This document shows, one piece after another, positions 1 through 8,374 of a stretch of DNA of 32,000 nucleotides. Positions within the stretch are counted from its first letter, which is position 1, and every line of letters starts with the position of its first letter. Under the pieces are notes generated by a model. It had not been told where the DNA came from, searched no databases, and was given only the letters and a program-made list of their open reading frames with translations. The DNA lies in contig CBDDBN010000025.1 in NCBI GenBank assembly GCA_965225735.1, forward strand, positions 169,963 to 201,962, in the 5' to 3' direction. A program made the translations under genes and the position numbers. The DNA is from Denitrobaculum sp. Its GTDB lineage: Bacteria > Pseudomonadota > Alphaproteobacteria > Kiloniellales > Kiloniellaceae.

Positions 1-605
1 TCGGCCCAACCGCGATCGAGTGCAAAGGTTAGAACAGAGGCGCCGAGACTGCCGCCCAGATGGTGCCGGCGCTCACTCCAGTCGATACAACGGCGGCAGA
101 GAGGCCGTCGCTTCTTCGAAAGGCCCTCGATATCTATCCCGCGCAAGGCGAGCGCGGCCCTGCCCTCTGCGGTCAGATGCACGACCTCATCACGGGTTTG
201 GAGGATTCCGGCGTCATGCCATTGCGCGTAAAGCTGAACTGCCAGATTGCCTCCCAGATGATCGTAACAGGACCGAGCCCGCCTCATCGCTTTATCGCGA
301 GGTCCAGGGCGCGTCCGCATGTGACCGGTCCGCGCCGCCACAGTTACCAGCGCTTCTATGGCATGGGCGACATCGGGATCCGCTAGATGGAAGAAATAGT
401 GACGCCCCTGCTTTTCGCGCCAGACTAGGCCTGCCGCCTCCAGTCGCCCGAGATGCCCGCTCGCCGTAGCCGGTGTCACACCGGCTTCGCGAGCAAGCTC
501 CGTAGCCGTCAGTGCCATGCCAGACATCAGGGCCAGCAACATGTTTGCCCGGGCCGGCTCGCCAAGGCTGGCCGCAACCAGTGCGATGTCCGGTCCTTCT
601 TTCAT
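1..605 (-). CDS. ArsR/SmtB-family winged-helix transcriptional regulator, N-terminal ~200 aa only (gene runs off the window start)
   Basis: Absent from the ORF track because there is no stop in the window. The minus strand from ATG at 605-603 reads MKEGPDIALVAASLGEPARANMLLALMSGMALTATELAREAGVTPATASGHLGRLEAAGLVWREKQGRHYFFHLAD... and stays open to the edge. The pattern (L..L....lTa.ELA...gvs..t.S.HL..L..AGLV....qGR...y.L) is the ArsR-type HTH. It is divergent from the LysE gene, 76 bp away. Confidence 0.7.
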   Translation of the reverse strand, partial: MKEGPDIALVAASLGEPARANMLLALMSGMALTATELAREAGVTPATASGHLGRLEAAGLVWREKQGRHYFFHLADPDVAHAIEALVTVAARTGHMRTRPGPRDKAMRRARSCYDHLGGNLAVQLYAQWHDAGILQTRDEVVHLTAEGRAALALRGIDIEGLSKKRRPLCRRCIDWSERRHHLGGSLGASVLTFALDRGWA

Positions 606-681
606 ATTTTGGTCATCACCAAACTATCCATCTGGCAAACTGTGCTAGCTTGCAGCCATTCGGTCAACCAGGAGCCCTGCA

Positions 682-1323
682 ATGGACGCAATCTCACTTT
701 ATCTGCCAGGCATTTTGCTCGCCTACACGGCTTTTCTGCTCTCAATCATGAGCCCTGGTCCGAACATCCTGGCCATCATGGGTACCTCGATGAGCAGCGG
801 CCGAACCTCCGGGCTGGCACTCGCGCTGGGCGTCTCCAGTGGTTCCGTTTGTTGGGCACTGCTGACGGTGACGGGGCTCTCCGCGCTCCTGGCGGCCTAC
901 GCCTTTGCCTTGACCGTAATCAAGGTCGCTGGCGGCCTCTATCTACTTTGGCTGGCTTACAAGGCCTTTCGATCCGCGGCATCGCGGCACGATATCGAAG
1001 CCAGCACATTGGATGGGAAGACGCTCAGCCCGCGCGGCTACTATCTCCGCGGCCTGACAATCCAGATGACAAACCCCAAGGCCGCTTTGGCCTGGATCGC
1101 GATCATCTCGCTGGGACTCCAGGCCGGCGCGCCGATCTGGGTTGCCGCGGCGATCGTTCTTGGCACCAGCTTCTTCTCAGTCAGCATTCACTGCCTCTAC
1201 GCCGTCGCCTTCTCGACGAAACCTATGGTGCGGATCTACGGACGCGCGCGGCGCTGGATTCAGGGTCTGCTCGGCGCTTTCTTCGCCTTCGCCGGCGTGA
1301 AGCTTTTGGCAACCAGAACCTGA
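682..1323 (+). CDS. LysE/RhtB-family amino-acid efflux permease
   Basis: 213-aa ORF that is hydrophobic throughout with several TM-length stretches. The N-terminal SPGPN and central KVAGGLYLLWLAYKAF patterns are typical of LysE/RhtB translocators. The overlapping 315-aa ORF in another frame is R/G/P-rich shadow. Confidence 0.85.
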   Translation: MDAISLYLPGILLAYTAFLLSIMSPGPNILAIMGTSMSSGRTSGLALALGVSSGSVCWALLTVTGLSALLAAYAFALTVIKVAGGLYLLWLAYKAFRSAASRHDIEASTLDGKTLSPRGYYLRGLTIQMTNPKAALAWIAIISLGLQAGAPIWVAAAIVLGTSFFSVSIHCLYAVAFSTKPMVRIYGRARRWIQGLLGAFFAFAGVKLLATRT

Positions 1324-1336
1324 CGGCCCGTTTGCT

Positions 1337-1765
1337 TCAGGCGGCAATCCTGCGGCGCAGCTTGCGAAGCAAGGCACCGATCAAGGGGAGTTTCTCGTAG
1401 ATCTGGCCGGCTGCGTCGTAGTGATCGATGTGTGCCGTCACCTTGCCGTCTTCTCCGAAGATAATCACGCTCATGCCCTCTATCGGCCAGACCTTGGACT
1501 TGCCACGCGGCGTGAGCTGAAATGCCCAATTGAGATAGGCCCGGTCGCCAGCGAAAGCATAGTCGAGCACCTTGAAGCTGTGGTCCTCGACATCCGCGAA
1601 CATCTTCTCAAAGACCTTCCGTACGGCCGACACCCCACGGGCATCGTTGAAGGGATCGCGAAAATGGGCATCCGGCGAGAACACCTGCCCGAAGCGCTCC
1701 AGATCGGCCGGCGCCAGATTTTCTAAGAAGGAAATGTAGTCGGCAACCGTACCTTCGGTGACCAT
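1337..1765 (-). CDS. NTF2-like (SnoaL-like) small protein, function unknown
   Basis: 142-aa ORF with normal composition, unlike the overlapping shadow ORFs. Its size and the segments FSPDAHFRDPFND and GMSVIIFGEDGKVTAHIDHYD recall nuclear-transport-factor-2 family proteins. This is from memory and was not searched. Confidence 0.6.
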   Translation of the reverse strand: MVTEGTVADYISFLENLAPADLERFGQVFSPDAHFRDPFNDARGVSAVRKVFEKMFADVEDHSFKVLDYAFAGDRAYLNWAFQLTPRGKSKVWPIEGMSVIIFGEDGKVTAHIDHYDAAGQIYEKLPLIGALLRKLRRRIAA

Positions 1766-1874
1766 TTGGCCGGATCTCCAATTATCTCGGTGTCTAGCTA
1801 TCGGACATCATACGCGCCGCAAAGCCAAGCAGATCTGCTCTCGCAAGAGATGCACTGGCGACGCTGCTGCTTGC

Positions 1875-3287
1875 TTAGAGGCCCAAGACAGCCTTCAACA
1901 GCAGACCCGCCAAAGAGCAAACTCCAAGAGTCTTGAGAACACCCAGTTTGAAACGGAAAAGCGCGACTGACGCGACCAGAACGATCCCCAGCGCAGGAAG
2001 ATCGAGGCTCGTGAGGAGGGGTAGATCGACGGATAGCCCCTGCCAGATAAGCGGCCGCACCTCAGAGAAAACCACCTGCAGGCCAAACCAAAGCGCGAGA
2101 TTTGCGATCACCCCAACGACCGCGGCCGTGATCGCCGCCAGCGCACCCGCAAGAGCCCGCTTTTCCTGCAGGCGCTCGATTGCCGGCGCCCCCAGAAAAA
2201 CGAAAGCGAAGCACGGTGCGAAGGTCACCCACAGTGTTAAGAGAGCCGCCGCCAGACCGCCTACCAGGCCAGAAAGACCGGCATTCGCCCCATGGCCTGC
2301 CAGGAAGCCAACGAACTGCAGCACCAGGATCAAGGGTCCGGGTGTCGTCTCTGCGAGCCCCAGGCCGGTGAGCATTTCGGTGGCGGACAACCAGCCATAA
2401 CCCTCAACCGCTTCCTGCGCGACGTAGGTCAGAACCGCATAGGCACCGCCGAAGGTGACGACCGCCATCTTGGAAAAGAACCAGGTCACATCCGCGTAGA
2501 CACCGGAATAGGGCAATAAAGCCACAAGTGGCGCCGCCCAGACGGCGAGGGCCAGGAAACCAGCCCGCCGTGCGCTACGCGCGAGCCTGCCCGCATAGCC
2601 AGGGTCGGCCTCCATGACGGAATCAAGCAGAGCTGGCGGTCCCGCCTTCGCCGATCCGTGCGCCCCGCCTGCAAACCATCCGGGCCCCAAAGCGCCGATC
2701 AAAGCAGCGCCAAGGACCACAACCGGAAAAGGCACCGAAAAGAGAAACAAAGCGATGAAGGCAGCGGCAGCAAGAGCCCAGGGAACCGCGCCTTTCAAAG
2801 CCCGCCCAGCCACCTTGAGCAAGGCTTCGAAGACGATGACCAGCACCGCGGCTTTCAGACCGAAAAACAAGGCAGCCACCACGGGCACATCGCCGGCGAT
2901 CACAAAGATCGCCGACAACGCAAACATCACCAGGGCGCCGGGAAGAATGAACAGTAAACCCGCGATAAGGCCACCCTTCGCCCCATGCAGCAACCAGCCC
3001 AGATAGGTCGCCAGTTGCTGCGCCTCAGGTCCAGGCAGCAACGAGCAGAAATTCAGCGCATGCAAAAACCGCCTGTCGCTGATCCAATTCCGGTCATCGA
3101 CGACCTCCCGGTGCATCAAAGCGATCTGGCCAGCGGGCCCGCCGAAGGACAGACAACCGATCCGCAGCCAGACCTTTGTCGCTTCGGTCAGGCTCGGCAA
3201 TTTGGCCTGCGAGCCATGATCAGAAGCCGGACCGCTGTCGGAAGTTGAAGACGAGGACATAGCGTTCGAACTCTGGTCCATTGTCAT
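1875..3287 (-). CDS. chrA: Chromate ion transporter (CHR family, long-chain ChrA)
   Basis: 470-aa polytopic membrane ORF. The N-terminal half carries the CHR hallmark RIGCLSFGGPAGQIALMHREVVDDRNWISDRRFLHALNFCSLLPGPEAQQLATYLGW. A degenerate second copy sits in the C-terminal half (VVTFGGAYAVLTYVAQEAVEGYGWLSATEMLTGLGLAETTPGPLILV). Confidence 0.9.
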   Translation of the reverse strand: MTMDQSSNAMSSSSTSDSGPASDHGSQAKLPSLTEATKVWLRIGCLSFGGPAGQIALMHREVVDDRNWISDRRFLHALNFCSLLPGPEAQQLATYLGWLLHGAKGGLIAGLLFILPGALVMFALSAIFVIAGDVPVVAALFFGLKAAVLVIVFEALLKVAGRALKGAVPWALAAAAFIALFLFSVPFPVVVLGAALIGALGPGWFAGGAHGSAKAGPPALLDSVMEADPGYAGRLARSARRAGFLALAVWAAPLVALLPYSGVYADVTWFFSKMAVVTFGGAYAVLTYVAQEAVEGYGWLSATEMLTGLGLAETTPGPLILVLQFVGFLAGHGANAGLSGLVGGLAAALLTLWVTFAPCFAFVFLGAPAIERLQEKRALAGALAAITAAVVGVIANLALWFGLQVVFSEVRPLIWQGLSVDLPLLTSLDLPALGIVLVASVALFRFKLGVLKTLGVCSLAGLLLKAVLGL

Positions 3288-4105
3288 GCCGCCACCGTCT
3301 CTGCTGACGGCCAGTCCCGAGTTTCCGGCCTGACGTCCCTGCGCCAGCGATAGAGGGCGTCATAAATTGCGAATGAGGCTGAAAGCTGCGCCAGATCGTC
3401 CGGATATATACGGGACAACCCGCGCACTGCGGCGAGGAGGCCAGCGGCTTCTGGTGCCTGCTCAAACTGCGCGCTCTCCGCGCCTCGAACGATTGTTGCC
3501 AACTGGGCGAGCGGATCGGACGTCAATCCAAGTTCGGCCAGCATGCTATCGAAGGCACATTGCTCATCACCGGCGCTCCCGAAGCCACCCTCGACAACGA
3601 ACGGAGCCGCGCCGAACTTTTCCGCAACACCCATCACTTCTTCCGGCGTGGCGAAGAGGATGACCGCGTCAGATTCGATAAAACGCCGGATCAGCCACGA
3701 AGAGGCGGTGCCGTCGACACCTGGACGCGCGCGTGTCACCCACAGCGTCCGTGCCTCGCCATCCCGTGGAGGCAATTTCGTGGGATCAACGGCCGGCATG
3801 CCGGCATCGGCCCAGCCTTCGAACCCCAGCGCCAGAGGCGCTGCTTCGATTCCTTCATGACGCAACAAAGCCGCGACACCCTGGCTGAGTTTCTTACCGC
3901 GATGACAGACGACAACGACCTTTCGACCGCGATAACACTCGCGCCAATCCTCGATATCCTTGTGACTGCGGCGGCGGGATGCGGGGATCAAACGCGGATC
4001 CAGCGCGAAGTCCTCATCGATGCGCACATCGATGATCGCGGGTGCGTCGGGCAAGCCGATCAGGCGGGAAAGTTGGTCGACGGAGATTTCAGATGGAGAC
4101 GTCAT
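3284..4105 (-). CDS. Rhodanese-domain / ChrB C-terminal (chromate-resistance) domain fusion protein
   Basis: 273-aa ORF. The N-terminal ~100 aa look rhodanese-like (IIDVRIDEDF...VVVVCHRGKKLSQGVAALLRHEG, active-site-loop CHRG). The C-terminal part (LWVTRARPGVDGTASSWLIRRFIESDAVILF...) matches my memory of the Chrome_Resist/ChrB C-terminal domain. Its stop overlaps the chrA start by 4 nt (ATGA at 3284-3287). Confidence 0.75.
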   Translation of the reverse strand: MTSPSEISVDQLSRLIGLPDAPAIIDVRIDEDFALDPRLIPASRRRSHKDIEDWRECYRGRKVVVVCHRGKKLSQGVAALLRHEGIEAAPLALGFEGWADAGMPAVDPTKLPPRDGEARTLWVTRARPGVDGTASSWLIRRFIESDAVILFATPEEVMGVAEKFGAAPFVVEGGFGSAGDEQCAFDSMLAELGLTSDPLAQLATIVRGAESAQFEQAPEAAGLLAAVRGLSRIYPDDLAQLSASFAIYDALYRWRRDVRPETRDWPSAETVAA

Positions 4106-4447
4106 AGCACGCCCTCCCTTTCGTTAAAGGCCAAGGACGCGATACTTGGGCTGACGCCTCACGGGGTGATCGCTAACCCCATGCTTATGGGGTAGCAACG
4201 GATCTGAAGGCTGTCAACCTGGAACGAATTTCGTCTCAGAACTTTCACATTTCGTTCAACAACGGCCCGGGAACTGCGCTGAAATGGCTGATTTCCGTAG
4301 TTTTGGATAGTCTGTGGGTTGAATAAGTTCGAGACGACGCGGAATGAAACGGTTATCGTCTCTGCGCATTTGAAACCCAGTTCCGCACGGTCCTGAAGGA
4401 ACAGGGCCGCAAGCAAACCTGTTGAGTATCAGCTTACCGGAAGTCTT

Positions 4448-5632
4448 ATGTCGCATCGGCGTTTCCTGTTCCCTGTCCTTGCAACCTGCCTGCTCGCTTC
4501 CCTCTTCAACACCCCTGCCCTCGCGCAGAACATCGACTACGAGCGGCTAGACCGCCGCCTGACCGCCTTGGCACAGGATGCGGGCATCGTCGGTCTTGCC
4601 GTGGCGGTCATTGAAGCGGGTGAGATCAGCTTCGAGCGCGGCTACGGTGTGACCAGGCTGGACGGCGACCCGGTGACACCGGATACGGTCTTCCGCTGGG
4701 CATCGCTCTCCAAAGGCGTCGCCTCAACGCTCGCCGCCAAGCTCGCATCGCAGGGTTCGATGGCGCTCACCGACAGCATTGGCAGCTTCGAGACTTCACT
4801 CCGGCTGCCCGGCGGCGCCGAGCAACGGGGCACGATCGAGAACCTTCTCTCTCACATGGTCGGCATCGTCCCAAACGCCTACGACACTACGCTGGAAGAC
4901 GGTCAGGACCCCAAGGAAATCCGGCGCAGCCTGGCGAAGCTCGATGCGGTCTGCCCGGTCGGCGACTGCTACAGCTATCAGAACGTCGCCTTCGATGCGG
5001 TTTCCGAAGTCGTCGAGGACGTGACACAGAAAAGCTATGCCGAAGCGCTCGCAAGCGAGCTCTTTGAGCCGCTGGGGATGAAGACCGCGAGCGTCCGCCG
5101 CGAAGATCTTCAGGGCGCAACTTCCTGGGCGGAACCTCACCGCTACTACCGTGGCAACGCGAAGGCCATGCGCCGCAAGGTCAAGAATGCCTATTACCGG
5201 GTTCCGGCCGCCGGCGGCGTCAACGGCTCGATCCGCGATCTCGCGCGCTTCGCCCGCGCGCAGATGGGGCTCGCGCCCGAGGTCATTCCGCAGGAAGTCC
5301 TCGACAACCTGCACACCCCGCGAGTTTACACCCGCAGCGAACAGCGGCGCATGAGCAGCCAGTATGGCGGGCATCTGCGCGATGCGCGCTACGCCTTGGG
5401 TTGGCGGGTTTACAAGTACGGTAAGGCCGGCACGCGCGTCGTCGGACATCGGGGCGCGGTGGACGGATATCGCGCAATGATTCTCTTCGACCCGGCCCTC
5501 GACACCGGTGTGGTCGCGCTCTGGAACTCCAACTCCCGCCGCCCCTCAGCAATCCAATTGGAGGTCATGGACATGGCCTACGGCCTGCCCGCCCGGGATT
5601 GGCTCAAGCTCGACAAGAAGGCGGCGCAGTAG
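4448..5632 (+). CDS. Secreted serine hydrolase, beta-lactamase class C / PBP-like family
   Basis: 394-aa ORF with a signal peptide (MSHRRFLFPVLATCLLASLFNTPALA|Q). It has the S-x-x-K motif (ASLSKGV), a Y-x-N motif (YSYQNVAF) and a late H-x-G triad variant (GHRGAVDGY). Confidence 0.85.
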   Translation: MSHRRFLFPVLATCLLASLFNTPALAQNIDYERLDRRLTALAQDAGIVGLAVAVIEAGEISFERGYGVTRLDGDPVTPDTVFRWASLSKGVASTLAAKLASQGSMALTDSIGSFETSLRLPGGAEQRGTIENLLSHMVGIVPNAYDTTLEDGQDPKEIRRSLAKLDAVCPVGDCYSYQNVAFDAVSEVVEDVTQKSYAEALASELFEPLGMKTASVRREDLQGATSWAEPHRYYRGNAKAMRRKVKNAYYRVPAAGGVNGSIRDLARFARAQMGLAPEVIPQEVLDNLHTPRVYTRSEQRRMSSQYGGHLRDARYALGWRVYKYGKAGTRVVGHRGAVDGYRAMILFDPALDTGVVALWNSNSRRPSAIQLEVMDMAYGLPARDWLKLDKKAAQ

Positions 5633-5652
5633 CGGCCAGAGGGGTCGGCTGC

Positions 5653-5820
5653 TTATTCTTTTTCTTTCCTGAAAAAGGGAATGAGAAACACGAGACAGGC
5701 GAGCAAGAAGAAGCCGCTGCCCAGCATCGCCCAGAAATCGCCGATACTGGCGATGAGAAAGCCGATGGCTGAGACAATAAAGAGAAGCCAGCCAAGGAAG
5801 TTGATCTGACGATTGGTCAT
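5653..5820 (-). CDS. Small (55 aa) two-TM membrane protein, hypothetical
   Basis: Hand-translated and below the ORF-track cutoff: MTNRQINFLGWLLFIVSAIGFLIASIGDFWAMLGSGFFLLACLVFLIPFFRKEKE*. It is preceded by GGGAGGGAGCAGG just upstream of the ATG, giving a strong Shine-Dalgarno. There are two hydrophobic helices and a basic tail. The competing 128-aa ORF (5546-5932) in another frame has implausible composition. Confidence 0.5.
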   Translation of the reverse strand: MTNRQINFLGWLLFIVSAIGFLIASIGDFWAMLGSGFFLLACLVFLIPFFRKEKE

Positions 5821-5894
5821 CCTGCTCCCTCCCCCCGGAGAACGAGAACGGATTGCGGTTCAGATCGTCACAGTGACCTATACCGCCCGGTCTC

Positions 5895-6590
5895 TCAAGC
5901 GAGAGCAGCCTGCCCTTGCAGCGGAACGGCACCGATGCTGCCCAACCGGCTCAGGCTCTCGCAAAAGCTCACAGCTGCGGCGACACCATCGATCACGGGC
6001 ACACCGAGATCCGCTGACATTTCCGCCGCCAGGCGCGCCATTCCCGCACATCCCAGCACGATCACATCGCAGTCGTCTTCCTCCAGCGCCCGCAAGGCTT
6101 CCGCGCGAATTTTGCCTTCGGTCTCGATATCCTGGGTCTCCAGCACCGGCACGGCCGAAGCCCGCACGGCGGCGCAGCGATTGCGAAAACCATATCGCTG
6201 GATGTTTGCCTCGATCACCGGCACGGAAACCGCGAGCGTTGTGACCACCGAGAAACGGCCGCCGAGCATTAGTCCGGCATGAAAGGCGGCTTCGCCAATA
6301 CCAAGAACCGGAACCGGCGAGCGGGCCTTCAGTTCTTCCAAACCGGTATCGTCGAAACAGGCAATGACAACGGCGTCATAGGCGCTGTTACCCGACAGCT
6401 GTTGGTCGAACAGCGCAAACAGTCCCGGGAGCGCCGCCTCCCCATCTGCCGCGCCTTGGATGGCCGCCGGCCCCTCAGATGGATTCATCGCTGTTATCGC
6501 AGTCCCCGGCAGCGCAACTTTGCACGCCGCCTGTTCGATGGCGGATGTCATCTCCGCGGTCGTGTTGGGATTGATGATCAACAGATGCAT
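5895..6590 (-). CDS. Asp/Glu/hydantoin racemase family protein
   Basis: 231-aa ORF. The segments MHLLIINPNTT..., ...DAVVIACFDDTGL... and ...VIVLGCAGMA... contain the two conserved Cys regions of the Asp/Glu/hydantoin racemase family. It starts 6 bp after the upstream permease stop and is the last gene of the ABC operon. Confidence 0.8.
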   Translation of the reverse strand: MHLLIINPNTTAEMTSAIEQAACKVALPGTAITAMNPSEGPAAIQGAADGEAALPGLFALFDQQLSGNSAYDAVVIACFDDTGLEELKARSPVPVLGIGEAAFHAGLMLGGRFSVVTTLAVSVPVIEANIQRYGFRNRCAAVRASAVPVLETQDIETEGKIRAEALRALEEDDCDVIVLGCAGMARLAAEMSADLGVPVIDGVAAAVSFCESLSRLGSIGAVPLQGQAALA

Positions 6591-6595
6591 AGCGA

Positions 6596-7429
6596 TCAGG
6601 CTTCCTCGACCGGACGCACATCGCCCTGCTTGCGGCGCAGCAGTCGGACGATCAGCAAGAAGCCGACGATGATCACGATGGAAAAGCCCGTCGTCAGCGT
6701 ACCCAGCGCATAGAGAACCGGAGAGGTCACGTTGGTTGTCATGCCCACGATCTCGAGGGGCAAAGTGTTATTCGAACCTGATGTGAGAAGCGTTCGTGCG
6801 AATTCATCGTAAGAGAGGGTGAATCCGAAGAGGCCGACGCCGATCAGGCTGGGCGCGATGATCGGCAGCACCACATGCCGGATGGTCTGCCACGACGTTG
6901 CCCCGAGATCTCGCGCCGCCTCCTCATAGGAGTTATCGAAGCGGTTAAAGACCGCGAACATGATCAGCATGCCGAACGGCAGTGTCCAGGTGAGCTGCGC
7001 CCCGAAGCCGGAGGTCGACCAGTGCACATCCCAATCGAGGATGTTGAAGATCAGACCGACACCGAGCGAAACCAGGATCGAGGGGATAATCAGGCTGGCG
7101 ATGATCAGATAGAAGACGACTGTGGAGCCTCGGAACCTTCGCCGGAAAGCGAGACCGCCCATCACCGAGACGACCACCGTGACCACCATGACCATCAGGC
7201 CGAGCGCGAAGGAGCGCCGGAACGAGCCCCAGATATCGCCGACCGCCTGGGTCTCGAAGAGATCCCTGAACCAATGCAGCGATACACCGTTCATGGGGAA
7301 CGTCAGGCCACCGTTCGGCCCCTGGAAAGACAGCAATCCGATGGTCAGAACAGGGCCGTAGAGAAACAGCACAAAGAGGCAGAAGAAGGCGGCCAGGAAG
7401 TAGAAAGAGCGCGGACGGCTATCCATCAT
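6596..7429 (-). CDS. ABC transporter permease (PotC-like, binding-protein-dependent inner-membrane component)
   Basis: The track ORF extends to 7846, but its first 139 aa are R/H/G-rich and overlap the upstream permease. The plausible start is ATG at 7429 (MMDSRPRSFYFLAAFFCLFVLFLYGP...), 5 nt after the upstream stop. EAA loop: EEAARDLGATSWQTIRHVVLPIIAPSL. Confidence 0.85.
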   Translation of the reverse strand: MMDSRPRSFYFLAAFFCLFVLFLYGPVLTIGLLSFQGPNGGLTFPMNGVSLHWFRDLFETQAVGDIWGSFRRSFALGLMVMVVTVVVSVMGGLAFRRRFRGSTVVFYLIIASLIIPSILVSLGVGLIFNILDWDVHWSTSGFGAQLTWTLPFGMLIMFAVFNRFDNSYEEAARDLGATSWQTIRHVVLPIIAPSLIGVGLFGFTLSYDEFARTLLTSGSNNTLPLEIVGMTTNVTSPVLYALGTLTTGFSIVIIVGFLLIVRLLRRKQGDVRPVEEA

Positions 7430-7434
7430 CCATC

Positions 7435-8361
7435 TCAGAGCTCCTTCCTGATATCGACAAAGCGCATCATGATCCCGATCATGAGCAAAACGGTGATGAG
7501 AAGCACCACGGCGCTCGCCGCCGCTGCCGGATACTGCAGCAACGCGATTTCGTTGGAGATGACCCGCCCGACAGAGGCGCTCTGGCCGCCGGACATGAAG
7601 CGGACAGTCACGAAGTCTCCCATGACCAGCGTAACCACGAAGATCGAACCGATCATGATGCCCGGCTTGGCCAGTGGGATGATGACGTTGGTCAGGATCT
7701 GGAACCCGCTGGCGCCGGCGTCGCGCGCTGCCTCGATGAGAGAACGGTCGATGCGCATCATGGTGTTGAAGACGGGTACGACCATGAAGAGCGCATAGAG
7801 ATGCACAAAGGCCAACACCACGGCGAAATCTGAAAACAGCAGCCACTCCAGCGGCGCGTCGATGATCCCCACCTCCATCAGCGCAGAATTGGCGATCCCG
7901 TTGCGCCCCAAAAAGGGGATCCAGGAAATCATGCGGATGACGTTCGAGGTCCAGAAAGGCACGGTGCAGACCAGAAAAAGCGCGATCTGGACCGGCAGGG
8001 ATCTGATGTGAAAAGCAAGAAAGTACGCAACGGTAAAGCCGATAAGCGTACAGAAAATCCAGGTCAGAATGACGAACTTGAAGGTCTTCAGATAGGTCGC
8101 CAGCGTGACCTTGGAGGTTAAGAGATAGCTATAGTTATCCAGGATAAAGGCCGGGAAGAAATTGTATTCGTTGTAATCCCAGAAACTCACCGCGACGATG
8201 GTGAGGATCGGCAATACGAGAAAGAACCCGAGGATCAGGATCGTCGGGCTGATCAGCATCCAGCTTCGGTCCGTCCGTTGCGCGGAGGACCTCAGAGATT
8301 GCTGCAGGTCGGTTCCCGGCACCTCCGCGGCGCCGGGAACATCTTTGGACAAAAGGCTCAT
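7435..8361 (-). CDS. ABC transporter permease (PotB-like)
   Basis: 308-aa polytopic ORF with the EAA loop IEAARDAGASGFQILTNVIIPLAKPGI. It lies 13 nt downstream of the binding-protein gene. Confidence 0.85.
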   Translation of the reverse strand: MSLLSKDVPGAAEVPGTDLQQSLRSSAQRTDRSWMLISPTILILGFFLVLPILTIVAVSFWDYNEYNFFPAFILDNYSYLLTSKVTLATYLKTFKFVILTWIFCTLIGFTVAYFLAFHIRSLPVQIALFLVCTVPFWTSNVIRMISWIPFLGRNGIANSALMEVGIIDAPLEWLLFSDFAVVLAFVHLYALFMVVPVFNTMMRIDRSLIEAARDAGASGFQILTNVIIPLAKPGIMIGSIFVVTLVMGDFVTVRFMSGGQSASVGRVISNEIALLQYPAAAASAVVLLITVLLMIGIMMRFVDIRKEL

Positions 8362-8374
8362 CTAAGCGATCGAC

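Noticed and set aside
453-1400. 315-aa plus-strand ORF, plus ORFs 20-469 and 60-386
   Set aside because: They overlap the LysE gene and the ArsR gene in other frames or on the other strand, and their composition is Arg/Gly/Pro-rich. LysE and the hand-translated ArsR regulator explain the region better.
4106-4447. Small ORFs (4159-4416 and 4256-4456, minus strand) and hairpin-like elements in the 342-bp region between the rhodanese-ChrB and hydrolase genes
   Set aside because: The ORFs lack an RBS and have odd composition. The inverted repeats (e.g. GAGACGA...TCGTCTC around 4331-4362) are short with long loops. I could not support a specific regulatory or RNA call.
5546-5932. 128-aa minus-strand ORF
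   Set aside because: It overlaps the ends of the beta-lactamase-like and racemase genes and has implausible composition. A different frame gives a clean 55-aa membrane peptide with a strong Shine-Dalgarno.
6875-7798. 307-aa plus-strand ORF
   Set aside because: It is antisense to two ABC permease genes that have clear EAA loops. Its composition is low-complexity and D/E/H/R-rich.
7430-7846. N-terminal 139-aa extension of the permease ORF (416-aa version)
   Set aside because: The extension overlaps the upstream permease gene and is R/H/G-rich. An ATG at 7429 directly follows the upstream stop and begins the hydrophobic permease sequence.
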